Of a DNA stretch of 64,000 nt, positions 47,113 to 56,403 are shown piece after piece (position 1 is the stretch's first letter; each line of letters opens with the position of its first letter). The stretch is taken from the NCBI GenBank assembly GCA_903903985.1, contig CAIVAT010000153.1:57352-121351 (forward strand), given 5' to 3'. The notes under the pieces are model-generated. The model was not told the DNA's origin. It saw only the letters and a program-made list of their open reading frames with translations, and did not search any database. The position numbers were made by a program, and so were the translations under genes. The DNA comes from an uncultured Bacteroidales bacterium. Lineage in GTDB: Bacteria > Bacteroidota > Bacteroidia > Bacteroidales > FEN-979.

Positions 47113-49489
47113 GAACTTTTTTTATGTTTTGAGGGCAAGGATACCCGGCAGCAACCTTACATGGCTGACCTGTATTCTTGCTCTCTTTCCATTTTCTTTG
47201 GTTTGTGCAGGAGGATGTATATACGGGAAAGTAACCGGAGGACCTTCCAGCAGCCCGCTCGCCGGCGCCCATGTGATCCTGGAACAACAAAATAAAATAT
47301 CTTTTACTGATTTATCAGGCTCCTTCAAGTTTGCCGATGTCAGTATCGGTAAAATAGTTGTCCGGGTTTCATTTATCGGTTTTAAAACCAAAACAAAAAC
47401 GATAACGATAAAAAACGGGCAAAGTTTCCGGGTCGACTTCAACCTTGAAACAGATGCCCTTGATGCCCCGGAAGTTGAAATTCTGTCGGTGAAACCGGAA
47501 CGTACTCCCCAGGAGGTACCGGTTCGCATGGATATCATATCGGCTCAAACGATCGCAAATACTCCCGGGCAAAACATTGTATCCGTTCTTGATTTTATTT
47601 CAGGGGTAAATCTTTCATCAACCATGGGTATTTTCTCAAACAATACCGTGGTTACGCTGCGCGGACTCAGTGGGAATGACCAGGGCAGAACGCTGGTGTT
47701 GCTGGATGATGTTCCGATGAATAAGGCAGATGCCGGAAGTGTGAACTGGAACCTGATCAATCGCGACAATGTCGAGCGTATTGAAGTGCTGAAGGGCCCC
47801 GGCCCTGCCAAATACGGAAGCAGTGCGATGGGAGGAGTGATCAATATTCAGACTAAAAAGCCCGAAAGACGTTTTTCCGGGCTGGCCACCATCGATTATG
47901 GCACGTTTCATACGGCTGGTTTTCGTTACCAGTTGGCTGGAACGTTTAAACCCGAAATGACAGGCAAAGGATTTTACTATGGGCTCAACGGATTTTATCG
48001 CCGGAGTGATGGCTATAATCCTGAAATACCTCAATACCTTGAAAAAAGTGACACTTTTTATGTAAATAACTACCTGAGAGAGGCTGCTTTAGGCGCGAAA
48101 TCAGGATACCAGTTCAATTCATTGAACATGATCGAGATCAGTACCAATTTTTTCAATGACAAACGTGGCCGTGGCGTCGAAATCTATGAGGTTGACGGAG
48201 CCTTTGAACGGCATAATACCTGGCAGGCAAATGGACGATACAAAGGCGGCAAAGGGTCTATCCGTTGGAGTGCCCTTGCCTATAACCAGGTTGAATACTT
48301 CGAGCGGCTTAACGAATCCATAAAGGAAGCCGAATACAGCCTCTACCTGGTTAAATCAAACAGGGTTGATGGCGGAGCCAGCCTCAACGCAACCATTCCC
48401 GGTGGCCGGGCACATGTCTTTACTGCAGGGTTTGATTACCAGTTCGGCAGTGTAAATGGCCAGGATATTTACTATACTTCCACCGACCTTATTTCCAATT
48501 CAGGAAAAATGGATACCTGGGCTGTGTTTTTGCAGGATGAGATCGGACTGGTAGAAAAAAAACTTCAGATCAACCTGGGTCTCCGTTTGAATACCGCCAT
48601 CTTCCATGATGGAAGTTTCAGGATCGACAACCCCTCCTATTCCATTCAGTATCTTGTTGATTACCAGGACAGTTTATTCCCCCGAAACCAGTGGTACCAG
48701 ATCGACCCTAAAATATCTTTGCAGTACCGGTTCACTCCCCGGTCACGGATCTATTTTTCTGCGGCTCAGGGTTTCCGTGCACCAAACCTGGATGATCTCT
48801 GCCGTACAGGAAAAATTTCCAAAGGATTCAAAATTGCAAATCCGGCACTGAAGCCTGAAGTACTGGACAATTTTGAAGTTGGAACAGACCTGCTGCTGTT
48901 TAAAAAACTGCATGTGGCAGCTTCCTTTTATTACTCCATCGGCCGTGATTTCATGTATTATGTGAGTAACGGGGATTCTGTCAATATGGGCTATAAACGA
49001 ACGCCTGTTTTCATGAAGCAAAATATCAGCCAGGTTGATATTGCCGGGTTTGAATTCGACACAGACATTGAACCGTTTTCGTGGCTGTCTGTTTTCGCCA
49101 ACTACACTTTCAACCATTCCGTTATCAGCAGATTTGAATCAAAGGATACAGCCGTGGACAGAGATTTAAATGGCAAGTATCTCACGGATGTTCCCATGCA
49201 CAAAGCCTCTGCCGGATTCACCATTAAAAGCAAAGTTGTAAACGTGAACATTCTGTGGAAATATACTGGTGAACGATATATCAACGATGTAAACGAACAG
49301 GATCCCTATCTGCTGACAAGTAAATATCCCGCATACCAGACTTTCGGTGCCAGGGCCTGGCATACCTTCTTCAAACACCTCACTACCGGCCTGAATGTTG
49401 AAAACATATTTAATACCATGTTCATCGACGACCGGCTGCAGCAAAGTCTGGGCAGAATGATCACACTGGAAATTACTGCAACGTTTTAA
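47075..49489 (+). CDS. TonB-dependent outer-membrane receptor with a CarboxypepD_reg N-terminal domain
   Basis: GKVTG..PLAGAHVIL..TDLSGSF (CarboxypepD_reg), plug motifs VEVLKGPGPAKYGSSAMGGVINIQTK, a long barrel and a terminal aromatic (EITATF). The GTG start at 47075 overlaps the upstream gene; TTG at 47129 is an alternative. Confidence 0.85.
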   Translation: MIRKSQPALLLNKNFFYVLRARIPGSNLTWLTCILALFPFSLVCAGGCIYGKVTGGPSSSPLAGAHVILEQQNKISFTDLSGSFKFADVSIGKIVVRVSFIGFKTKTKTITIKNGQSFRVDFNLETDALDAPEVEILSVKPERTPQEVPVRMDIISAQTIANTPGQNIVSVLDFISGVNLSSTMGIFSNNTVVTLRGLSGNDQGRTLVLLDDVPMNKADAGSVNWNLINRDNVERIEVLKGPGPAKYGSSAMGGVINIQTKKPERRFSGLATIDYGTFHTAGFRYQLAGTFKPEMTGKGFYYGLNGFYRRSDGYNPEIPQYLEKSDTFYVNNYLREAALGAKSGYQFNSLNMIEISTNFFNDKRGRGVEIYEVDGAFERHNTWQANGRYKGGKGSIRWSALAYNQVEYFERLNESIKEAEYSLYLVKSNRVDGGASLNATIPGGRAHVFTAGFDYQFGSVNGQDIYYTSTDLISNSGKMDTWAVFLQDEIGLVEKKLQINLGLRLNTAIFHDGSFRIDNPSYSIQYLVDYQDSLFPRNQWYQIDPKISLQYRFTPRSRIYFSAAQGFRAPNLDDLCRTGKISKGFKIANPALKPEVLDNFEVGTDLLLFKKLHVAASFYYSIGRDFMYYVSNGDSVNMGYKRTPVFMKQNISQVDIAGFEFDTDIEPFSWLSVFANYTFNHSVISRFESKDTAVDRDLNGKYLTDVPMHKASAGFTIKSKVVNVNILWKYTGERYINDVNEQDPYLLTSKYPAYQTFGARAWHTFFKHLTTGLNVENIFNTMFIDDRLQQSLGRMITLEITATF

Positions 49490-49512
49490 TCATTTATTTA
49501 AATAAAATTGTC

Positions 49513-50595
49513 ATGAAAAAACCCGCTAGCATTGTTTTATTAACTTTACTTTTGTCATCAGGCTTTGCCCAGAAACCAGAAGATCCTTTGAAAAACAATT
49601 CCGACCTGAAAGCTGCATCACAGGTTATTCCGGACAAGACAGACCGGAACAACAATTTCTATGACAATGAGGAAACCTACTCCTTGCCGGTGAAGGAACT
49701 CATCATTGCAGGAGAGATAGAAAATCCGGGTAAAGTTGACTTCTCGAAACTGGTAAAACGATCGGTAATCGTTAAGGAGGCCCTGTTGAAACAGGATACC
49801 GCCAACCAATTTGTCGGAGCCTACCGTTATGATGGTTATTCATTGTTTGACATCCTTTGTGACCGGCGCCTGAAGAAAAAAAATGCGGCAGATTTCCGGC
49901 CAATCATCGATTTGTTTGTTGAAATTGAAAATGACAAAGGGGAAAAAGTCGTTTTAAGCTGGGGGGAGATCTATTACCCAAACTCACTTCACAATATTAT
50001 CATCGCTACAGAGGTTATGCGCATTGTCCCCAGTAAAACCAAGGATCTCTGGCCATTGCCCGCAGAAAGCAAGTTGATTGTCGGGCAGGATCTTATCTCC
50101 GAAAGGAATATTTCCAGCCCGGTAAAGATCACGATCATCTCCTACCGGCGAAACTACATGGTTAATCGTGATATCAGTCCGCTTGTTTCAGAAAAGGTGG
50201 ATGTGTTCTCAGGTGAGGCCCAAACAGACAGTTTCTCGGCAACTCCCGATAAGATGCAAACGGAAACCCTGCATACAATTTTCTATGGGAAAGGACGGGG
50301 AATTCACAGTACCCAGCCTTTCTCAGGAGTCTACCTGAAGGACTACCTGGCAGGAAAAATTCAATTCAACCGTGAAAATCTGCGCAAAGGATTGGTTATT
50401 TGCGCCGGCATCGACGGATACCGCTCGGTGTATACATTCAGCGAGATCATGAACCGCAACGACCAGGCCGAGGTCCTGTTGGTCCCCTGTCCCGGGGAGA
50501 AAGACGGTGGAAAATTCCGGATCTTTCCGTCATGTGACTTTTTCTCCGATCGTGCTGTGAAGGCGTTGTCGGAAATACGGTTTGAGAGACGATGA
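49513..50595 (+). CDS. exported two-domain protein, each half loosely resembling a molybdopterin-binding (SUOX-fold) oxidoreductase domain
   Basis: Signal peptide. The two halves share the pattern Y.G.(S/Y)L.D.L ... DGY/KGE...(S/T)(W/F).EI ... D..S(E/D)R..K..(I/L).I. The fold assignment is by eye only. Confidence 0.35.
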   Translation: MKKPASIVLLTLLLSSGFAQKPEDPLKNNSDLKAASQVIPDKTDRNNNFYDNEETYSLPVKELIIAGEIENPGKVDFSKLVKRSVIVKEALLKQDTANQFVGAYRYDGYSLFDILCDRRLKKKNAADFRPIIDLFVEIENDKGEKVVLSWGEIYYPNSLHNIIIATEVMRIVPSKTKDLWPLPAESKLIVGQDLISERNISSPVKITIISYRRNYMVNRDISPLVSEKVDVFSGEAQTDSFSATPDKMQTETLHTIFYGKGRGIHSTQPFSGVYLKDYLAGKIQFNRENLRKGLVICAGIDGYRSVYTFSEIMNRNDQAEVLLVPCPGEKDGGKFRIFPSCDFFSDRAVKALSEIRFERR

Positions 50596-50652
50596 AAAAT
50601 GCAAAAGGCAAAATGAAAATTGTAAAAGTATAAATGCAAAATTTAAAATGAA
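50596..50652 (+). repeat. A-rich ~8-nt word array (AATGCAAA/AATGAAAA) in an intercistronic spacer
   Basis: aaaatgcaaaaggcaaaatgaaaattgtaaaagtataaatgcaaaatttaaaatgaa fills the whole spacer before wtpB. Confidence 0.6.
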
Positions 50653-51447
50653 TTGAAAAATCGCATCTCATCGATACAATTAGTTTTCGTTATGCTGGGT
50701 TCGCTGGTTTTGCTTTTCATTTTGGCACCGCTGACAGGAATGTTTCTCAATACCACTCCCGGCCAGGTGTTTGAAACTGCCCGGGAATCGGAAGTAAGGA
50801 ACAGCATCTGGCTTACAATATATACATCCTTTGCCGGCACACTGATTTTTTCACTGGCAGCCATTCCACTGGCATATTTGCTGGCCAGGAAAAAATTCCC
50901 GATGAAAAAGCTGGTTACCGGCATCATCGATTTGCCGGTGGTAATTCCCCACTCTGCCGCCGGAATTGCGTTGCTTGGGTTTGTTTCCCGTGAATCGGCC
51001 CTGGGAAAAATAGGTTCGGCCGTTGGCCTTAATTTCGTTGGTCATCCTGCAGGAATTGCCATAGCAATGGCATTTGTAAGCATTCCATACCTCATCAATG
51101 CATCCCGTGATGGATTTGCAGGAGTCCCGGTACGACTTGAAAAAGCGGCGCTGACGCTAGGAGCATCTCCATACAGGGTGTTTTTTACCGTCTCCATGCC
51201 GCTGGCATGGAGGAATATTTTATCAGGTCTGATCCTGATGTTTGCCCGCGGGATGAGTGAGTTCGGTGCCGTGATCGTGGTGGCCTATCACCCGATGATC
51301 ACGCCTGTTCTTATCTATGAACGATTCGGGGCCTTCGGACTGAAATATGCACGTCCGGTGTCGGTTCTTTTCATCCTGATTTCACTTGCCCTGTTCATTG
51401 TCTTGAGGTGGCTGGCGAAGGAAAAAACCAGTGAAATGGCGAAATAG
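50653..51447 (+). CDS. wtpB: tungstate/molybdate ABC transporter permease
   Basis: 6 TM spans with an EAA-type loop LEKAALTLGASPYRVFFTVSMPLA. TTG start; ATG at 50692 is an alternative. Confidence 0.8.
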   Translation: MKNRISSIQLVFVMLGSLVLLFILAPLTGMFLNTTPGQVFETARESEVRNSIWLTIYTSFAGTLIFSLAAIPLAYLLARKKFPMKKLVTGIIDLPVVIPHSAAGIALLGFVSRESALGKIGSAVGLNFVGHPAGIAIAMAFVSIPYLINASRDGFAGVPVRLEKAALTLGASPYRVFFTVSMPLAWRNILSGLILMFARGMSEFGAVIVVAYHPMITPVLIYERFGAFGLKYARPVSVLFILISLALFIVLRWLAKEKTSEMAK

Positions 51448-51465
51448 CAAAATAGCGAAAATTAA
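51433..51465 (+). repeat. AATAGCGA/AATAGCAA word array
   Basis: gaaatggcgaaatagcaaaatagcgaaaattaa spans the wtpB stop and the spacer before wtpC. The word recurs at 52516.. and 54576..54591. Confidence 0.6.
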
Positions 51466-52521
51466 ATGATGCTGGAATTAATAAATATCACGAAGCGGTT
51501 TGCCGATTTCTGTTTGGAAGAGGTCACCTTCTCTGTCGGGGAAGGCGACTATTTCATTCTTTTAGGGGAGTCAGGCGCCGGGAAATCAATGGTACTCGAG
51601 ACCATTGCCGGGTTGATCACTCCTGATTCTGGTACCGTATCGCTTGATGGGCAGGATATTACCCCTTTTAAAATCCAGCACAGAAAGATCGGGCTGGTGT
51701 TCCAGGATCATGCTGTTTTTCCTCATCTCACTGTAGCTGAAAACATTGTTTATTCGCTGCATGGCAATGCATTAACGAAAGATGAGAAACAAGAAAAAGT
51801 CATCTCCATTGCGAACGAACTGGGGATAAAGGAGTTGTTGAATCGCAAACCGGGAACTTTATCAGGCGGTGAACTTCAAAGGGTGGCGCTGGGTCGCACG
51901 CTTGTTCAGCAACCCACCGTCTTGTTGCTGGATGAACCCCTTTCTTCGCTTGACACCAGGCTCAAGGGAGACCTCCGCCGTTTACTCCGGGCTATTCACC
52001 GCAAGGGTCAAACCATCCTGCATGTCACCCACGATTATGAGGAGGCCCTTTCACTTGCAACGAAAATCGCTGTCATTCACCAGGGAAGGATCATTCAGTC
52101 GGGAACCCCGGCCGAAGTATTCCTGCATCCGAAATCAGAGTTCGTTGCTCATTTTATCGGGGTAAAGAACTTTTTTGAAGCGAAACTTCTTACAACAAAT
52201 CAGGTTTCCTATGCGTTTACACATAACAATTTCCAGGTGCGGATTGTTACAGACATCCCCGATGGAGACGGGTTCATCCTCATCCGGGGGGAAGATATAT
52301 TTTTATCGAACCAACCCGTTGAAACAAGTGCTGCCAACACTTTCAAAGGAATTGTAATAGAGATCGTACCAAACAAAACAGGCGTTGATGTAGCGATTGA
52401 TGCAGGTATTGAACTGCACGCCCTCATTACCCGGGAGTCTCTTGAAAAACTGGACCTGGTGGCAGGAAAAACCTGTTGGATGCATTGTAAAGCAACTGCA
52501 GTGAGATTCATAAGCAAATAG
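51466..52521 (+). CDS. wtpC: tungstate/molybdate ABC transporter ATPase with a C-terminal TOBE-like domain
   Basis: Walker A GESGAGKS, signature LSGGELQRVAL, Walker B LLLDEP, and a C-terminal ~110-aa beta-rich extension. Confidence 0.85.
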   Translation: MMLELINITKRFADFCLEEVTFSVGEGDYFILLGESGAGKSMVLETIAGLITPDSGTVSLDGQDITPFKIQHRKIGLVFQDHAVFPHLTVAENIVYSLHGNALTKDEKQEKVISIANELGIKELLNRKPGTLSGGELQRVALGRTLVQQPTVLLLDEPLSSLDTRLKGDLRRLLRAIHRKGQTILHVTHDYEEALSLATKIAVIHQGRIIQSGTPAEVFLHPKSEFVAHFIGVKNFFEAKLLTTNQVSYAFTHNNFQVRIVTDIPDGDGFILIRGEDIFLSNQPVETSAANTFKGIVIEIVPNKTGVDVAIDAGIELHALITRESLEKLDLVAGKTCWMHCKATAVRFISK

Positions 52522-52560
52522 CAAGGCAGTGAAATCGTAAATTGTTAATCGAAAATCGAA

Positions 52561-53790
52561 ATGGTTTTATTCGAAGATGCATTAAAAATCGTTCTGAGCC
52601 AGGACTTTAAACCCGGGGTTGAAAGGGTTGCTTTGTCTGAAGCCTGTGGCAGAATTCTTGCCGGGGATATTTTTTCCGATATGGATATGCCGCCATTTGA
52701 CAAATCGGCCGTGGATGGTTACGCCTGCCAGATGACAACCGGAACATCGCAAGGCATAACCCCGTCAATTGACCGGGCACAAATTATTGCGGTGCCGAAT
52801 GAGAAGCCATTGCTTGTGGTTGAAACCATATCGGCCGGGACAATTCCAAAACAAGCCATCGTGCCCGGCCGATGTTCCAAGATAATGACCGGCGCCATGG
52901 TTCCCCGCGGGGCTGATTGTGTAATTATGGTTGAAGACACAGAATCGGCAGGCGAGAACCTTGTCAGGTTTACCCTGGAAAACACGGCAAAAAATATTTG
53001 TTACCAGGGAGAGGATATCAGGAAAGGGGAGCTGGTTCTGCAAAAAGGCATCCGGATCACCCCCGCCCATATGGCAGTTCTGGCCAGTGTCGGCGCCACG
53101 GATCCTTTGGTATCAACGCTTCCAAGAGTGGGTATCTTCTCCACCGGGGATGAACTAGTGGAACCCGGAACAATCCCCGGAATCGCCCAGATCCGAAACT
53201 CAAATGCCTCTCAGCTGGAAGCACAGGTCAGGCAGGTTCCTGCTCTTCCGACCTATTATGGAATTGCTCCGGATAAATCTGAAGAACTTTATAAAATCAT
53301 TGACCTGGCCCTTGCAAACAACGATCTGGTGATACTGACCGGTGGCGTTTCCATGGGTGATTTTGATTTTGTCCCTGCGGTTATGAAAGACGCCGGTGTC
53401 GATATTTTTTTTAAGCGTATTGCCATCCAGCCAGGTAAACCGACCGTTTTTGGGCGCCGTGATCATACTTTCATTTTTGGTTTACCAGGCAATCCGGTTT
53501 CTTCGTTCGTGATCTTCGAAATGCTGGTCAAACCCCTGTTGCACTTGATGATGGGCAGTTCCTGGAAACCGCTGGAATGCATGCTTCCGCTGGGTGTTGA
53601 TTTCTCCCGGCACAGCTCAGCCCGGAAATCGATGGTGCCGGTAATCATGAAAGATGGAGTTGTTTTCCCGGTTGAATATCATGGATCTGCCCACATCAAT
53701 GCCTATTCGGTTGCCAATGGCATCATGAATGTACCGATCGGAACCACCACCCTTAAACAAGGAGAACAAGTGCATGTACGACTGCTATAA
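52561..53790 (+). CDS. moeA: molybdopterin molybdenum/tungsten transferase MoeA
   Basis: PPFDKSAVDGYA, TGGVSMGDFDFV, IQPGKP and GLPGNPVSS. Confidence 0.9.
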   Translation: MVLFEDALKIVLSQDFKPGVERVALSEACGRILAGDIFSDMDMPPFDKSAVDGYACQMTTGTSQGITPSIDRAQIIAVPNEKPLLVVETISAGTIPKQAIVPGRCSKIMTGAMVPRGADCVIMVEDTESAGENLVRFTLENTAKNICYQGEDIRKGELVLQKGIRITPAHMAVLASVGATDPLVSTLPRVGIFSTGDELVEPGTIPGIAQIRNSNASQLEAQVRQVPALPTYYGIAPDKSEELYKIIDLALANNDLVILTGGVSMGDFDFVPAVMKDAGVDIFFKRIAIQPGKPTVFGRRDHTFIFGLPGNPVSSFVIFEMLVKPLLHLMMGSSWKPLECMLPLGVDFSRHSSARKSMVPVIMKDGVVFPVEYHGSAHINAYSVANGIMNVPIGTTTLKQGEQVHVRLL

Positions 53791-54574
53791 CCGACGGATC
53801 AACTACCTGCGTGTCTCCATCACCGACCGGTGCAACCTCCGCTGCACTTACTGCATGCCTGCCGAAGGGGTGAAAATGCTCGATCACAAAGACATTCTCA
53901 GTTTCGAAGAAATTGTGGAGGTAATCAAGACAGCAGTGGGCCTTGGCATCACCAAAGTACGTATTACAGGGGGTGAGCCACTGGTGCGCAAAGGGGTCAT
54001 CAGCTTGATTGAAAAAATCGGAGCCATCAAAGAAATCAAGGATTTCGGCCTCACCACCAATGGGATTCTGCTTCCCTTATTTGCAGATGACCTTGCAAAG
54101 GCAGGGCTTCAGCGAATCAACATCAGCCTTGACACCCTTGATCCGGAAAGATTCAGTGCCATCACGCGTGGTGGCGACATTCAACAGGTATTTAAAGGGA
54201 TAGAAGCAGCGAAAAAAGCAGGATTGACGCCAATAAAAATTAATTGCGTGGTACGTAATACCTCGGAGGAACCCGATGCACAGGCAATCAGGGAATATTG
54301 CCGTGAAAATGGCCTTGAAGCACGGTTCATCCACGAGATGAGCCTGGCCGACGGAAGGTTTACCATTGTGGAAAATGGCCATGGCGGCGACTGTATAAAT
54401 TGCAACCGTCTCAGGGTAACCGCCAATGGCATGGTTCATCCATGCCTGTTTAACGACATTGCCTTCAACATACGTGAACTTGGCATCGCGGAGGCACTTC
54501 AACAAGCAGCAGCTCGAAAGCCGGAGAAAGGGAGTATGAATGCTGGCGGGGGGTTTCATCACATCGGGGGATAA
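53774..54574 (+). CDS. moaA: GTP 3',8-cyclase MoaA (compact 266-aa form)
   Basis: Radical-SAM CNLRCTYCMP, second cluster CINCNRLRVTANG..HPCLF, and a C-terminal GG. The ATG at 53774 overlaps the moeA stop by 17 nt. Confidence 0.85.
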   Translation: MYDCYNRRINYLRVSITDRCNLRCTYCMPAEGVKMLDHKDILSFEEIVEVIKTAVGLGITKVRITGGEPLVRKGVISLIEKIGAIKEIKDFGLTTNGILLPLFADDLAKAGLQRINISLDTLDPERFSAITRGGDIQQVFKGIEAAKKAGLTPIKINCVVRNTSEEPDAQAIREYCRENGLEARFIHEMSLADGRFTIVENGHGGDCINCNRLRVTANGMVHPCLFNDIAFNIRELGIAEALQQAAARKPEKGSMNAGGGFHHIGG

Positions 54575-54748
54575 TACAAATAGCGAAATGGTGATGGGTG
54601 AACCTTCTGGACAAGACATGCCTTCTTTAAACAACTTTGACTACAAATAATGAACATCCTCGCCGCAGAGTGGCGAGGTATCAAATTAGTAAAATATTTC
54701 TCTTCTCGTCGCAAGACGGGGAAGTAACCCAACCAACTCAACCTCCGT

Positions 54749-54786
54749 CCCCTTCCCCTGAAGGAGAAGGGGTGCAGGGGATGAGG
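54749..54786 (+). repeat. REP-like hairpin element, copy B (CCCCTTCCCC-TGAA-GGAGAAGGGG + TGCAGGGGATGAGG)
   Basis: 10-bp stem with one mismatch (54749..54758 / 54763..54772) and the same GGGGATGA tail as copy A. Lies in the moaA-moaC spacer, with an extra hairpin cctcgcc/ggcgagg upstream at about 54657..54678. Confidence 0.7.
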
Positions 54787-54802
54787 CAATTAAATTTTCA
54801 TT

Positions 54803-55273
54803 ATGGCCAAACGTAAAAATCAAACCTTATCCCATGTTGACGACCTGGGCAAGGCAAACATGGTTGATGTTGGTGCAAAACCTTACCAGATGCGCACTGC
54901 CAGAGCATCAGGACACATCAGCCTCCAGAAGGATACGCTGGACCTCATCCGGAAAAATAAGATCAAAAAAGGCGATGTGCTTACCATTGCTGAAATCGCG
55001 GGCATCCAGGGCGGTAAACGTACCAGTGACCTGATCCCTTTATGTCATCCGTTGCAAATCACAAAACTTGATGTGAAAGCAACTGCCGATAAAGCCGGCG
55101 TGAAGGTCGAAAGCCTGGCCAGGTGCAACGGCCAGACCGGTATCGAGATGGAGGCGCTAACAGCCGTTTCGATCGCCCTGCTTACCATCTATGACATGTG
55201 CAAGGCTGTCGACACTATGATGGTTATCGGGGAGATCGGTCTGATCGAAAAAACCAAAGGGGAGATCGGTTGA
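54803..55273 (+). CDS. moaC: cyclic pyranopterin monophosphate synthase MoaC
   Basis: MVDVGAK, LIPLCHPL and TGIEMEALTAVSIALLTIYDMCKA. Confidence 0.9.
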   Translation: MAKRKNQTLSHVDDLGKANMVDVGAKPYQMRTARASGHISLQKDTLDLIRKNKIKKGDVLTIAEIAGIQGGKRTSDLIPLCHPLQITKLDVKATADKAGVKVESLARCNGQTGIEMEALTAVSIALLTIYDMCKAVDTMMVIGEIGLIEKTKGEIG

Positions 55274-55318
55274 AAAAATGAAAAATGAAGCTAGAAAAAT
55301 GAACTAATAATATGGATT

Positions 55319-56251
55319 ATGCAAAGGGTTAAAATAAACTCCGTTAACATTTCCGGGCAGAAGGGTACAATTAAGAATGCTGTCGAAATGGTTGAACTGA
55401 CGCACTCAGGTGTCAGGAATGATGCCCATGCCGGCCACTGGAACCGGCAGATCAGCCTCCTTGGAACGGAAAGTATCATGAAATTCGAGAAAGAATCAGG
55501 GAGGAAAGTGGTTCCGGGTGAATTTGCTGAAAATATTACCACAACAGGCATGGATCTTTGGACTGTACATCCGTTGGATCGGTTTACCTCAGGGGAAATA
55601 GAGCTGGAAGTCACACAAATAGGCAAGGAGTGCCATGGCAGCAGTTGTGCTATTTTCAAAGAGGTAGGAAATTGCGTTATGCCCAAAGAGGGGATTTTTT
55701 GCCGGGTGCTGAGTCCAGGCATTCTGAAAGCAGGGATGGAACTGGAATATCATCCGAAAATGTTCCGGATCATGGTCATCACCCTGAGCGACCGTGCTTC
55801 TGCAGGGGAATACGAAGACCGTTCCGGGTTGCGCATCCGGGAACTGGTTGCGGAATTTTTCAGTTCACTGAATATCCACCATTTTATCCATTATGCACTG
55901 ATCGCAGATGATCCGGTTAAACTGGAAGAGTTACTGCATAAAGCCAAGGAAGAACTTGTCGATCTTGTGATTACAACCGGTGGAACCGGGATCGGACCAC
56001 GTGATTTCACACACGACGTGGTGCGCCGCTTGCTTGACAAGGAGATTCCCGGCATCATGGAATTCATCAGGATAAAATATGGCACAGATAAACCTGCGGC
56101 GCTTCTGAGCCGTTCTGTTGCAGGTGTAATGGGGAAATCGCTGATATTCACACTTCCTGGAAGTTTAAAGGCTGTCAATGAATACATGGCGGAAATTTCA
56201 ACATCATTGATGCATATGATCCATATGTTGCATGGCCTGGATAGCCACTAA
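55319..56251 (+). CDS. MOSC-domain / MogA(MoaB)-domain fusion protein
   Basis: The N-terminal ~145 aa are MOSC-like (GVRNDAHAG..RQISLL..GEFAENITT..IGKECH). The C-terminal part is MogA/MoaB-like (ITLSDRAS.GEYEDRSG, TTGGTGIGPRD, LPGSLKA). Confidence 0.75.
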   Translation: MQRVKINSVNISGQKGTIKNAVEMVELTHSGVRNDAHAGHWNRQISLLGTESIMKFEKESGRKVVPGEFAENITTTGMDLWTVHPLDRFTSGEIELEVTQIGKECHGSSCAIFKEVGNCVMPKEGIFCRVLSPGILKAGMELEYHPKMFRIMVITLSDRASAGEYEDRSGLRIRELVAEFFSSLNIHHFIHYALIADDPVKLEELLHKAKEELVDLVITTGGTGIGPRDFTHDVVRRLLDKEIPGIMEFIRIKYGTDKPAALLSRSVAGVMGKSLIFTLPGSLKAVNEYMAEISTSLMHMIHMLHGLDSH

Positions 56252-56403
56252 GGAAATCAGGATGATAAAATACTCATTCACGGGGATCCTTATTGTTGGA
56301 TTTTCAACACCAACTTAAATATTTTTACAATATAATAACCTCACAGCATTTAAAGGAATTCCATTAATATCAATTAACTCAGTTAGGTATTTAATTTTAA
56401 TCC

